From the NCBI GenBank assembly GCA_964249405.1, contig CAXUBX010000002.1:2958-66957 (forward strand): DNA of 64,000 bases, written 5' to 3'. The translations under genes were made by a program, and so were the position numbers. Under the pieces are notes generated by a model. The model was not told the origin of the DNA. It did no database searches and saw only the letters and a list, made by a program, of their open reading frames with translations. This DNA is from an uncultured Acetobacteraceae bacterium (GTDB taxonomy: Bacteria > Pseudomonadota > Alphaproteobacteria > Acetobacterales > Acetobacteraceae). Numbering within the stretch: position 1 is the stretch's first letter; each line of letters opens with the position of its first letter. Positions 18,067-27,715 of the stretch are shown piece after piece.

Positions 18067-20157
18067 GTGTCAGTGGCGGCAGCGAAAGGACGGCGCCGGC
18101 GGATCGGTCTCGGCGTCCTCGGCGTTTTCGCGGTCGCGATCGTGCTCCTGATCGTGTTCTGGAACTGGGACTGGTTCCTGCCGATCGTCGACGCCCAGGC
18201 GAGCGCCGCGCTCGGTCGCAAGGTCACGGCGCAGCACCTGCACGTCCGTCTCGGCCGCGTCACCACGGCGACGCTCGACGATGTGACGGTCGCCGAGCCC
18301 GCCTCGTTCTCGGCCGAGCGCCCGGTCGCCACCGTCGGCCACCTTTCGGTGTCGGTCGCTCTCCTCGACTACATCCGCGGACGGGGCCTCGTGATCCCCC
18401 ACATCGACGTGGATCACGCGGACGCCGACATCATCAGCCGCGCCGACGGGCAGAACAACTACACGTTCAAGTTCATGGAGCCGTCGAAAACCCCGGCCAA
18501 GCCGGGGCCGAGCCCGAAGATCGGCCTGCTGACGATCGAGGACAGCCGGATCGACGTCGCGATGGCGAAGCTCCGCGCGAAGTTCCACCTGAACGTCCAC
18601 ACCACGCAGGACGCGGCCGACGCCAGCCGCGACCGGATCGTGGTCACCGCCGACGGAACCTATGCCGCGCAGCCGATCACCGGCCGCCTGATCGCCGGCG
18701 CGCTGCTCACGCTCCGTGATCAGGCGACGCCCTATCCGATCGACCTGCACGTGGCGAACGGGGCGACCCATGTCGCCCTGGTCGGAACCGTGCAGGACCC
18801 GCTGAAGTTCGCGGGCGCCAACCTGCAGCTGGTGTTCCAGGGTCAGGACATGGCGGCGCTCTACCCGCTGACCGGGGTGCCGATCCCGAGCACCCCGCCC
18901 TACCGGGTCGCCGGACATCTCGACTACACGAAGACGCACATCGTGTTCCGCGACTTCGAGGGCCGTCTCGGAAGCAGCGATCTCGGCGGCACGATCTCGG
19001 TCGATCCCGCGGACCACCCGCCCTCCCTCCGGGCCGATCTCCACTCGCGGGAAATCAACCTCGCCGATCTCGGCGGCTTCATCGGCGGCAGCCCGGGACA
19101 CAAGGCGGAGAACCGGGCGGCGCACGCCGGAGGCACGAAGCACGGGACCAACGTCCTGCCGACCACGCCGATCAACCTGCCCAAGCTGAAGGCGATGAAC
19201 GTCGATCTCAGCTACCGGGGCGAGCACATCGAGGGCAAGTTCGTGCCGCTCGACAACATGGTGGTCCTGCTCACCATCCACGACGGCGACCTCGACCTCA
19301 AGAAGATCGATTTCGGCGTGGGCCACGGAGAGCTCACCGGCCACGGAACGCTCGACCCGGTCGGTCGCGACGTCCACGCCGATGCCGCGGTCGAGGTTCG
19401 CGACGTCGATCTGACCCACCTGCTGAACTCGACCCACGCCTTCCACGGCAAGGGGATCGTCGGCGGCGGGGTCCGGCTCGACGGGACCGGCGGCTCGATC
19501 GCCGGTCTGGTGGCGCACGGTCATGGCGGCGTCGAGCTCTACATGCGGGATGGCGGCGACATCTCCGCCCTGCTGCCGGACCTGCTCGGCCTCGAGTTCA
19601 GCAACGCGCTGCTCTCGGCGCTCGGAGTGCCGAACCGCACCAACGTCGACTGCTTCGTCGCGGCACTTCCGCTGGACGACGGCGTCCTCGACACGCAGCT
19701 CTTCGTGCTGCAGACCGGCGAGGCCCGGACCACCGGGCACGGCGACATCGATCTGCGCGACGACTCGATCCGGTATGCGCTCACGACGCGCTCGACCCAC
19801 TTCAGCGTCGGCTCGCTGCCCGGAGCGATCAACATCGGCGGTTCACTCTCCAGCCCCTCGATCCTGCCCGGCGCCGAGATCGCGGCCCGCGGCGCGGCGG
19901 CGGTGGGGCTCGGGATCGTCTTCGTGCCGCTGGCGATCCTCCCCACGATCCAGTTCGGCGTCGGCCAGAGCAAGGTGTGCGAGGCAGCGATCCATGGCGC
20001 CGGCCTCCCGCCCGCTCCCGGAGCCGCCACCCCCGTCTCCGCGTCTACGGCAGCCGCGCCGCCGGGAAGCGCCGCCGCGAAGCCGCCCGCACGGAAGCGG
20101 AGCCGGGCGGCGGTCCACCGGATCTGGGAACACCGGCTCAACGCCCACGCCTCGTGA
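18067..20157 (+). CDS. AsmA family outer-membrane biogenesis protein
   Basis: 696 aa with an N-terminal anchor (RRRRIGLGVLGVFAVAIVLLIVFW) followed by a long beta-rich periplasmic region typical of AsmA/DUF748 proteins. An alternative GTG start at 18073 is better spaced from the GGAGG. Confidence 0.65.
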   Translation: MSVAAAKGRRRRIGLGVLGVFAVAIVLLIVFWNWDWFLPIVDAQASAALGRKVTAQHLHVRLGRVTTATLDDVTVAEPASFSAERPVATVGHLSVSVALLDYIRGRGLVIPHIDVDHADADIISRADGQNNYTFKFMEPSKTPAKPGPSPKIGLLTIEDSRIDVAMAKLRAKFHLNVHTTQDAADASRDRIVVTADGTYAAQPITGRLIAGALLTLRDQATPYPIDLHVANGATHVALVGTVQDPLKFAGANLQLVFQGQDMAALYPLTGVPIPSTPPYRVAGHLDYTKTHIVFRDFEGRLGSSDLGGTISVDPADHPPSLRADLHSREINLADLGGFIGGSPGHKAENRAAHAGGTKHGTNVLPTTPINLPKLKAMNVDLSYRGEHIEGKFVPLDNMVVLLTIHDGDLDLKKIDFGVGHGELTGHGTLDPVGRDVHADAAVEVRDVDLTHLLNSTHAFHGKGIVGGGVRLDGTGGSIAGLVAHGHGGVELYMRDGGDISALLPDLLGLEFSNALLSALGVPNRTNVDCFVAALPLDDGVLDTQLFVLQTGEARTTGHGDIDLRDDSIRYALTTRSTHFSVGSLPGAINIGGSLSSPSILPGAEIAARGAAAVGLGIVFVPLAILPTIQFGVGQSKVCEAAIHGAGLPPAPGAATPVSASTAAAPPGSAAAKPPARKRSRAAVHRIWEHRLNAHAS

Positions 20158-20258
20158 CGCGTCGCCGCGTTCGGGGTAAGGGCCTCGGCCGGACGTGAGC
20201 GGCGGACGTCGGGGCAGGACGGGGTGAGCATGGGTGTCTTCCCCGAACGGGCATCGGC

Positions 20259-20837
20259 GTGATCCATCTCTCGGTCAACGCGATCATGGCGGCCGCCGGT
20301 CGCCGGCCCTTGCTGGAAGGCGGCGCGGTCATCCTCGGCACCTTCATCCTGGAAGACGCGGCGACCGTGATCGCCGGGATGCAGGTCTCGGACGGCAAGC
20401 TTCCGTGGCACATCGCGATCGCCTCGCTCTATCTCGGCATCGTGCTCGGCGATCTCGGGCTTTATGGTCTTGGTCGGCTCGCGGCGCTGTTCCCACCGAT
20501 CCTCCGCGTGGTCCGGATCGACCGTCGGCAACGCGGCCAGGAATGGCTGTCGTCGCGCGTGTTCCAGGTGGTGTTCGTCAGCCGCTTCATTCCGGGCGCC
20601 CGGCTCCCGACCTACACGGCCTGCGGGTTCCTGGGCGCGAACCTCGTCCGCTTCACGCTCGCGGCCGTGGTCGCGACGCTGATCTGGACGTCCTTGCTGT
20701 TCCTGCTATCGCTGCACGTCGGCAAGTTCCTGATGGAGCATTTCGGTGCCTGGCGCTGGGCCGGCATGCTCGGGTTCATCATCCTCGTGGTCGCAGCCGG
20801 GCGGATCGCCGCCAGCATCCAGAAAGAAGTCCAATGA
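20259..20837 (+). CDS. DedA/VTT (SNARE-associated) family membrane protein
   Basis: 192 aa, multi-TM, with FILEDAATVIAG and VFVSRFIPGARLPTYTACGF motifs typical of the DedA family. GTG start. Confidence 0.7.
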   Translation: MIHLSVNAIMAAAGRRPLLEGGAVILGTFILEDAATVIAGMQVSDGKLPWHIAIASLYLGIVLGDLGLYGLGRLAALFPPILRVVRIDRRQRGQEWLSSRVFQVVFVSRFIPGARLPTYTACGFLGANLVRFTLAAVVATLIWTSLLFLLSLHVGKFLMEHFGAWRWAGMLGFIILVVAAGRIAASIQKEVQ

Positions 20838-21922
20838 GCACCACCGCCGCACGTATCGTTCCCGATGGCGTGACGGACGGGGAGCGCCTGATCTCGCCTT
20901 TCGAGTACTGGCCGGGCTGGCTGTTCTACACCCCGGTGGTCCTGCACTGGCTCTGGCTCGGGCTCCGACACGGTCACTTCACGCTTCCGACCGCGGCCAA
21001 TCCGGGCATCGAGGCCGGCGGTCTCTGCGGCGAGAGCAAGACCGGGATCCTCGGCCGGGCCGGTCCCGCCGGTCAGGCCTGGATCGCCCGCTTCGGCGTC
21101 TTCGAGACCGGCGCGGACGACGCCGCCAGGGTCGAGACGCTGATGGGCGAGCTCGAGCTCGATTTCCCGGTCGTGATCAAGCCCGATGTCGGCTGCCACG
21201 GTGCCGGTGTCCGCCTGGTGCAGAATCCGGAGGCACTCCGTCCGACCCTCGCCGCCTTTCCGCGCGGCGTGGCGCTCCTGGTGCAGGAATTCGTCCCGTT
21301 CGAGGGCGAGGCCGGCGTCTTCTACATACGCCATCCCGGGGGCGCCCCCCGGATCACCTCGATCACGCTGAAATCGTCGCCCGTGGTGATCGGCGATGGC
21401 CGCTCGACGCTCCGCCGGCTGATCGACGACGACCCGCGGCTTCGCCGGACCGCGGGCCTCTACCTTCCCCGGCTGCGCGAACGGGCCGACGCGGTGGTCC
21501 CACATGGGGAGACGGTCCGTCTCGTGTTCGCGGGCAACCACTGCAAGGGCTCGCTGTTCCACGACGGGACGACGCTCGCGACCGATGAGCTCCGGGTGAC
21601 GATCGACACCATCTGCCGCTCGGTTCCCGATTTCCACTTCGGCCGGATCGATCTCCGCTACCGCGACCTCGCCTCGCTGCGCCGTGGCGAAGGGTTCCGG
21701 GTGATCGAGATCAACGGGATCGGTTCGGAGGCGACCCACATCTGGGATCCCCGGACCAGGCTGGTCAGCGCCTACCGGGCGCAGTTCCAGCACTATCGGG
21801 AGGCCTTCGCGATCGGACGCGCGATGCGCCGGCGGGGCCACAAGCCCGTCGGCCCTCTGGCACTTCTCGCGCTCTGGCGACGGCAGAGCCGGCTGATCGC
21901 CTCCTACCCGATGAACGACTGA
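20834..21922 (+). CDS. ATP-grasp domain protein (carboxylate-amine ligase, substrate unknown) with hydrophobic N-terminal segment
   Basis: 362 aa. FPVVIKPDVGCHGAGVRLV, LVQEFVPFEGEAGVFY and GFRVIEINGIGSEATHIWD are ATP-grasp-like. The N-terminus FEYWPGWLFYTPVVLHWLWLGL is hydrophobic. ATG 20834 overlaps the dedA-like stop (ATGA). Confidence 0.7.
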   Translation: MSTTAARIVPDGVTDGERLISPFEYWPGWLFYTPVVLHWLWLGLRHGHFTLPTAANPGIEAGGLCGESKTGILGRAGPAGQAWIARFGVFETGADDAARVETLMGELELDFPVVIKPDVGCHGAGVRLVQNPEALRPTLAAFPRGVALLVQEFVPFEGEAGVFYIRHPGGAPRITSITLKSSPVVIGDGRSTLRRLIDDDPRLRRTAGLYLPRLRERADAVVPHGETVRLVFAGNHCKGSLFHDGTTLATDELRVTIDTICRSVPDFHFGRIDLRYRDLASLRRGEGFRVIEINGIGSEATHIWDPRTRLVSAYRAQFQHYREAFAIGRAMRRRGHKPVGPLALLALWRRQSRLIASYPMND

Positions 21923-22203
21923 CCGCGTCCGGCCTCGGACGGCGTGCGGAGCGCCATCGAGAGCGCGTGCAGGCCGGTCTCGAACTCGGCGGCGACGGCC
22001 TCCTGTGCCGCACGCTGGCGCGCGAGGCGCGACATGCCCTCGAACAACGGGGAAACCACCAGCACGTCGTAGTGCGTCTCGCCGGCGCCGCTGCTGCCGG
22101 CATGACCCGCATGCAACGCGCTCCGGTCCGCGACCTCGACCTCGGCCGGCGCGAAACGGCGCGCGAGAAGCGTCCTCATCCGTTCCGACCTCGTTTCGGT
22201 CAT
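21904..22203 (-). CDS. bolA: BolA family protein
   Basis: 99 aa. EVADRSALHAGHAG...HYDVLVVSPLFEGMSRLARQR...HALSM matches the BolA fold signature. It overlaps the convergent ATP-grasp 3' end by 19 nt. Confidence 0.85.
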   Translation of the reverse strand: MTETRSERMRTLLARRFAPAEVEVADRSALHAGHAGSSGAGETHYDVLVVSPLFEGMSRLARQRAAQEAVAAEFETGLHALSMALRTPSEAGRGQSFIG

Positions 22204-22262
22204 GCTGTCCGTCTCCTCGTCAAGATCTTGCCCTCACACCCGGCTTCCGCACATGTAGCGGC

Positions 22263-22862
22263 GTGATCAGTCGTCGAACCCCGCGGTTCCGGGCCTATGA
22301 TCCCGACCCGGAAGCCCCGGGCCGGGGTTGCGACTTTCCGGGATGCGACGCCCATGCCGGATACCGGGCGCCGAAGTCGCGAACCACGCTGAACGACTAC
22401 TGGTGGTTTTGTCTCGACCATGTCCGCGCCTACAACGGCGCGTGGGATTTCTACAAGGGCATGACGCCCGGCCAGATCGAGGCCCAGATCCGTGCCGACA
22501 CGCATTGGCAGCGGCCATCCTGGCGGGTCGGCACGATCGGGAGCACGACCCGGCTGGAAGATGCGATCAACGATCCGCTCGGGATCCTCTCGGATGCGCG
22601 CCGCGCAGCCGGCGCGCGTGCCGACCAGGCACGTCGCGTCGAGGCGCCGACCGGGCTTCGCGAGCCGCTCGATACGCTCGGGCTGCACTGGCCGGTGTCG
22701 CTCGACGAAGTGAAATCCCGCTACAAGGATCTCGCCAAGCGTCATCATCCCGATGCGAACAACGGCGACCGCTCCGCCGAGGAGCGGCTGAAGGTGATCA
22801 ATCACGCCTATTCGACGCTCCGTCGCCATCTCGCCGGCGAGGCACCGGTCGGAGCGCGTTGA
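22263..22862 (+). CDS. J-domain protein with N-terminal Cys-rich (putative zinc-binding) region
   Basis: C-terminal J domain (VKSRYKDLAKRHHPDANNGD, HPD motif). N-terminal CDFPGCDAHAGY...WWFCLDHVRAYN. GTG start at 22263; the longer ORF-track form overlaps bolA. Confidence 0.75.
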   Translation: MISRRTPRFRAYDPDPEAPGRGCDFPGCDAHAGYRAPKSRTTLNDYWWFCLDHVRAYNGAWDFYKGMTPGQIEAQIRADTHWQRPSWRVGTIGSTTRLEDAINDPLGILSDARRAAGARADQARRVEAPTGLREPLDTLGLHWPVSLDEVKSRYKDLAKRHHPDANNGDRSAEERLKVINHAYSTLRRHLAGEAPVGAR

Positions 22863-22976
22863 AGCCGAGCGATGCCGGAGTACCGGATCGCGCTGACGTC
22901 GAGGCGCGCCAGGCGAGGCGGCCGAGGGCGGAGCGGCAGGCCGGCGGCGGACAAGACCGAGGAGAATGACTGCCTT

Positions 22977-24020
22977 ATGACCAGGATCGCCGCCCTGAGC
23001 GAAGACGGGGTCGAAAGCATGACCGACGACGCCGCGCGCCCGACCGACGTCATCGGGCTGCCGGACACGACCGTCCGGTTGAGCGAGCTCTTCGGGATCG
23101 AGAGCGACCTCGTCGTGCCAGCCTTCTCGGCCCGCACCGAGCATGTCCCCGAGTTCGATCCGACCTACAAGTTCGATCGCGACACCACGCTCGCGATCGT
23201 CGCCGGCTTCGCGTTCAACCGCCGGGTCCTGATCCAGGGCTATCACGGCACGGGCAAGTCGACCCATATCGAGCAGGTCGCGGCCCGGCTGAACTGGCCC
23301 TGCATCCGGATCAACCTCGACAGCCACATCTCGCGGATCGACCTCGTCGGCAAGGACGCGATCGTGCTGCGCGATGGGCGCCAGGTCACGGAGTTCCGCG
23401 AGGGCCTGCTGCCCTGGGCGCTGCAGCATCCGGTGGCGCTGGTGTTCGACGAATACGATGCCGGCCGGCCCGACGTGATGTTCGTGATCCAGCGCGTGCT
23501 GGAGGTCGAGGGCAAGCTCACCCTGCTCGACCAGAACCGGGTGATCCAGCCCCACCCCGCCTTCCGGCTGTTCGCCACCGCCAACACGGTCGGCCTCGGC
23601 GACACCACCGGCCTCTACCACGGCGTCCAGCAGATCAATCAGGGCCAGATGGACCGCTGGAGCATCGTGGCCACGCTGAACTACCTGCCGCACGCGCAGG
23701 AGGTGGCGATCGTGATCGCGAAGATGGGGATCGACCCGCATGACCGGGACGCCAAGCGTCGCGTCGAGAGCATGGTGGCGCTCGCCGACCTCACGCGTGC
23801 CGGCTTCATGTCGGGCGACCTCTCGACCGTGATGTCGCCCCGGACCGTGCTCACCTGGGCGGAGAACGCCCGCATCTTCGGCGATGTCGGCTTCGCCTTC
23901 CGCCTTACCTTCCTCAACAAATGCGACGAGGCGGAGCGCGCGACGGTCGCCGAATACTACCAGCGCTGCTTCAACGCCGACGTCGCCACCGGCAACTACG
24001 TGGCGCGTCCGGGACGCTGA
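22977..24020 (+). CDS. cobS: CobS-type AAA+ ATPase (annotated family: aerobic cobaltochelatase subunit CobS)
   Basis: [32 protein letters not shown] (Walker A) and [14 protein letters not shown] (Walker B). The start is ambiguous (ATG 22977 or a downstream ATG). Confidence 0.85.
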   Translation: MTRIAALSEDGVESMTDDAARPTDVIGLPDTTVRLSELFGIESDLVVPAFSARTEHVPEFDPTYKFDRDTTLAIVAGFAFNRRVLIQGYHGTGKSTHIEQVAARLNWPCIRINLDSHISRIDLVGKDAIVLRDGRQVTEFREGLLPWALQHPVALVFDEYDAGRPDVMFVIQRVLEVEGKLTLLDQNRVIQPHPAFRLFATANTVGLGDTTGLYHGVQQINQGQMDRWSIVATLNYLPHAQEVAIVIAKMGIDPHDRDAKRRVESMVALADLTRAGFMSGDLSTVMSPRTVLTWAENARIFGDVGFAFRLTFLNKCDEAERATVAEYYQRCFNADVATGNYVARPGR

Positions 24021-24052
24021 CCGGCCGGGCGCCGACGGAACAGAGGCTGACG

Positions 24053-25891
24053 ATGGCCGGAGACGGGCGGAAAGGCGGCGACGGACCGGCCGAGGATTTC
24101 AAGCGGGCGACCGCGGGCGCCGTGCGCGCGATCGCCCAGGATCGCGACGCCGAGGTCACGTTCGCGGCCGGCAAGGAGATGCTGGCCGGCAAGCGGGCGC
24201 GCCTGCCGCTCCCGACGCGAAGCCTCCCCGAGGCCGAGCGCGCCCGGCTCCGCGGCGCGGCGGACGCGATGGCGCTTCGTCTCCGCCACCACGACGCGGT
24301 GCTCCATGCGGAGCGAAACCCGGAGCCGCGCGAAGCCCGCGAGGCGTTCGACGCGATCGAGCAGGCCCGGATCGAGGTGCTCGGCAGCCGCCACATGACG
24401 GGGGTCGCCGCCAACCTGCAGGCGCGGCTCCGCCACGAATGCGAGGCCGACGGGTTCGACCGCATGACGCGGAAGGACCAGTTGCCGGTCGCGGCGGCCC
24501 TCGGGCTGCTGGTGCGCGAGCGCCTGTCGGGCGAGGCGGCGGGCTCCGTGGTCGAGCGCGTGCTCCGGCCCTGGCGCGACGAGCTCGACGGCCAGGCGAG
24601 TGCGACGCTGGACGAGATGGCGCGCGCGATCGAGGACCAGGCCGCCTTCGCCCGCGCCTCCCGCCGCCTGCTCGCCACTTTCAAGCTGGCGGACGCCGAG
24701 GCGGAAGGCGACGAGACGGAGGAAGGCGAGAGCGGCGAGGCGCAGCCGGCCGAGCAGGCCGCGGCCGACGCGAGCCCGGAAGAGCCGGCCGAGCAGCAGC
24801 CCGACACCGATGCCATGCTCGGCGCCTCCCCCGACGAGCAGTCCGGTCTCGAAGCCTCTCCCGAGGGCGACGAGGGCGAGGACGACGACAGCGCGGACGC
24901 CGAAGGCGAGGAGCGTCCCGGCGGTCCGTCGCCGCGTCGCGAGGCCTCCGCCGAGCCCGGCGACGGCGCCGACTACCGCCCCTACACGCGGCAGTTCGAC
25001 GAGGAGATCTCGGCCGCCGATCTCTGCGACGCGGACGAGCTCGCACGCCTCCGCCAGCTGCTCGACCAGCAGCTCCTGCATCTGCATAGCGTGGTCGCCC
25101 GGCTCGCCAACCGGCTGCAGCGACGCCTGATGGCGCAGCAGACCCGGGCCTGGGATTTCGACCTCGAGGAGGGCACGCTCGATGTCGCCCGCCTCGCCCG
25201 CGTGGTGGCGAACCCCACCGTGCCGCTCTCCTACAAGCGCGAGCGCGAGACCGAATTCCGCGACACCGTGGTCTCGCTGCTGATCGACAACTCGGGCTCG
25301 ATGCGCGGCCGTCCGATCACCGTCGCCGCGATGTGCGGCGACATCCTGGCCCGCACGCTGGAGCGCTGCGGCGTCAAGGTCGAGGTGCTCGGCTTCACCA
25401 CCCGCGCCTGGAAGGGCGGGCTGTCGCGCGAGCGCTGGGCGGCCGACGGCAAGCCGCGCAACCCGGGCCGGCTCAACGATCTTCGCCACATCATCTACAA
25501 ATCCGCCGACGAGCCCTGGCGCCGGGCCCGGCGCAATCTCGGGCTGATGCTCCGCGAAGGGCTGCTCAAGGAGAACATCGACGGCGAGGCCCTGCTCTGG
25601 GCCTACCGGCGTCTGGTCCATCGGCCCGAGCAGCGTCGCATCCTGATGGTGATCAGCGACGGCGCCCCGGTCGACGACAGCACGCTCTCGATCAACCCCG
25701 GTGCCTATCTGGAGCGCCATCTCCGCGAGGTGATCCGCGACATCGAGGCGCGACCTTCGGTCGAGCTGATCGCGGTCGGCATCGGCCACGATGTCACCCG
25801 CTATTACCGGCGCGCCGTCACCATCGTCGACGCGGAGGAGCTCGGCGGCACCATGATGCAGAAGCTGGCCGAGCTGTTCGCGACCGCCTGA
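24053..25891 (+). CDS. cobT: CobT-type vWA protein (annotated family: cobaltochelatase subunit CobT)
   Basis: 612 aa with a central acidic tract ([15 protein letters not shown]...[16 protein letters not shown]) and a C-terminal vWA/MIDAS region ([14 protein letters not shown]). It immediately follows cobS. Confidence 0.85.
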   Translation: MAGDGRKGGDGPAEDFKRATAGAVRAIAQDRDAEVTFAAGKEMLAGKRARLPLPTRSLPEAERARLRGAADAMALRLRHHDAVLHAERNPEPREAREAFDAIEQARIEVLGSRHMTGVAANLQARLRHECEADGFDRMTRKDQLPVAAALGLLVRERLSGEAAGSVVERVLRPWRDELDGQASATLDEMARAIEDQAAFARASRRLLATFKLADAEAEGDETEEGESGEAQPAEQAAADASPEEPAEQQPDTDAMLGASPDEQSGLEASPEGDEGEDDDSADAEGEERPGGPSPRREASAEPGDGADYRPYTRQFDEEISAADLCDADELARLRQLLDQQLLHLHSVVARLANRLQRRLMAQQTRAWDFDLEEGTLDVARLARVVANPTVPLSYKRERETEFRDTVVSLLIDNSGSMRGRPITVAAMCGDILARTLERCGVKVEVLGFTTRAWKGGLSRERWAADGKPRNPGRLNDLRHIIYKSADEPWRRARRNLGLMLREGLLKENIDGEALLWAYRRLVHRPEQRRILMVISDGAPVDDSTLSINPGAYLERHLREVIRDIEARPSVELIAVGIGHDVTRYYRRAVTIVDAEELGGTMMQKLAELFATA

Positions 25892-25906
25892 CCCTGAGGC
25901 GACGCC

Positions 25907-26722
25907 TCACCCCTCCCCGGTCGACATCGACCAGGTCTCCAGCGCGTCGACCTCGGCCAGGAGAGCGGCCAGCTTCCCGCGCACCGAGCGCACCGCGGTC
26001 GGGCCGATGGGGAGATGCAGCGGCGGGCTCGCGGCCTCGGTCGCCTCCAGTACCACGCGGGCGAGCGTCGCCGGGTCGCCCCATTGCAGCTCGGCGCGAT
26101 CCGGCGGATCGAGCACGGCGTCGTAGTCCGCGATCATGTGCCTCGACTGCGCCAGCGAGCGTCCGCTCCAATCGCTTCGGAACAGGCCCGGCTGCAGCGA
26201 CGTCACGTGGATGCCGAGCGGCGCCACCTCGGCGGCCAGCGTGTCGCCGATGCCCTGCAGCGCGAACTTGCTCGCGTGATAGGCGGCAAGGCCCGGGAAG
26301 GTCACGGTCGCGCCCATCGAGGACATGTTGAGGATGTGGCCTCGGCGACGCGCGCGCATCGGCGGCAGCACGGCCTGGATCACCGCGACCGCGCCGATCA
26401 CGTTGACCTCCAGCTGCCGACGCAGCTCGTCCGGCGTGATCTCCTCCACGACGCCCCGGTGCCCATAGCCGGCGTTGTTGATCAGCACGTCGATCGGCCC
26501 GGCCGTCGCCTCGATCGAAGCGACCAGGGGCGCGATCTCGGCCGTCCGGGTCACGTCGAGGATCCGGCCGAAGGCGTGGCCGGGACGGAGCGCCTCGAAC
26601 GCCGCCCGGCTCTCCTCGGTGCGGACCGTCCCGACCACGCGATGGCCACGTGCCAGCGCCTCGGCGGCGATCGCGCGTCCCAGTCCCGTCGAGACGCCGG
26701 TGATGAGCATGGTCTTTGACAT
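25907..26722 (-). CDS. SDR family oxidoreductase
   Basis: MSKTMLITGVSTGLGRAIA (TGxxxGxG), NNAG and YHASK motifs. 271 aa. The 582-aa ORF-track form is an over-extension. Confidence 0.88.
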   Translation of the reverse strand: MSKTMLITGVSTGLGRAIAAEALARGHRVVGTVRTEESRAAFEALRPGHAFGRILDVTRTAEIAPLVASIEATAGPIDVLINNAGYGHRGVVEEITPDELRRQLEVNVIGAVAVIQAVLPPMRARRRGHILNMSSMGATVTFPGLAAYHASKFALQGIGDTLAAEVAPLGIHVTSLQPGLFRSDWSGRSLAQSRHMIADYDAVLDPPDRAELQWGDPATLARVVLEATEAASPPLHLPIGPTAVRSVRGKLAALLAEVDALETWSMSTGEG

Positions 26723-26818
26723 CGTCTTCACTCCCTCTCGGCTCGCGCAGAGGTGGGCGTGGCTCGGGCTCCGGATTATGACGTCGGTCCCGCATGAATT
26801 GATGCACGGATCAGGACA

Positions 26819-27706
26819 ATGGACGCGTTGGGGTTGCGGGAGCTCGAGGCCATTCTCGCGGTCGGCACGCATGGGAGCTTCCGGCGCGCCGCGCTGGCAC
26901 TCGGCATGTCGCCCTCGGCGCTCAGCCACGCCGTCGCGTCGGCCGAAGCAAGGCTCGGGATCCGGCTGTTCAATCGCACGACGCGGAGCGTCCGGGCCTC
27001 CGAGGCGGGAGCCCGCCTCATCGCCCGGATCGGGCCCTTGCTCCGCGCGCTGGACGACGCGCTCGCCGAGACGAGCGAACAACGACTGACGCCGGCGGGC
27101 ACGCTCCGGATCAACGTCTCGACCGCGGCGCAGCGTTTCGTGGTGCCGCGGATGGCCGCGTTCCTGACCGCCTATCCGGACATGCGCCTCGATCTGGTAG
27201 CCGAGGACCGGCTGGTCGGCATCGTCGAGGAGGGCTTCGATGCCGGGATCCGGCTCGCCGAAGCGGTCCCGCTCGACATGGTCGCCGTGCGCTGCAGCCC
27301 CGACCTCGACTTCGCGGTGGTCGCTTCTCCCGCCTATCTCGAGCGGGCGGGCAAGCCGCACGTGCCTGCCGAGCTCCGGCATCACGCGTGCATCCGCCGC
27401 CGGCTTTCCGGCGGCCGTCTGTATGCCTGGGAGTTCGAGCGGAGCGGCGAGGAGATCGCGGTCGAGGTCGCGGGTGTGCTGACCGCGGATCACGAGGGGG
27501 CGATGATCGCCGCCGCGCGCGTCGGGATCGGGCTCGCCTATGTCAGGAGCTGGTCGGTCGTGGCCGAGCTCGCGGAGGGATCGCTGGTCCGGGTTCTCGC
27601 CGACTGGACGCCGTCGCATCCGGGCTTCCGGCTCTACTACCCCGGCCATCGCCACGTCCCCGCGGGCCTCCGCGCGCTGGCCGGCGTCCTGCGGACACTC
27701 GAGTGA
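26819..27706 (+). CDS. LysR family transcriptional regulator
   Basis: N-terminal HTH (LEAILAVGTHGSFRRAALALGMSPSALSHAVASAEARLGIRLFNRTTRSV). 295 aa. Divergent from the SDR gene. Confidence 0.9.
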   Translation: MDALGLRELEAILAVGTHGSFRRAALALGMSPSALSHAVASAEARLGIRLFNRTTRSVRASEAGARLIARIGPLLRALDDALAETSEQRLTPAGTLRINVSTAAQRFVVPRMAAFLTAYPDMRLDLVAEDRLVGIVEEGFDAGIRLAEAVPLDMVAVRCSPDLDFAVVASPAYLERAGKPHVPAELRHHACIRRRLSGGRLYAWEFERSGEEIAVEVAGVLTADHEGAMIAAARVGIGLAYVRSWSVVAELAEGSLVRVLADWTPSHPGFRLYYPGHRHVPAGLRALAGVLRTLE

Positions 27707-27715
27707 CGGGAAGGC

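Noticed and set aside
22863-22976. Cobalamin riboswitch or B12 box upstream of cobS.
   Set aside because: I saw no B12-box-like element, and the spacer is too short (114 bp) for a full cobalamin riboswitch. Not verified computationally.
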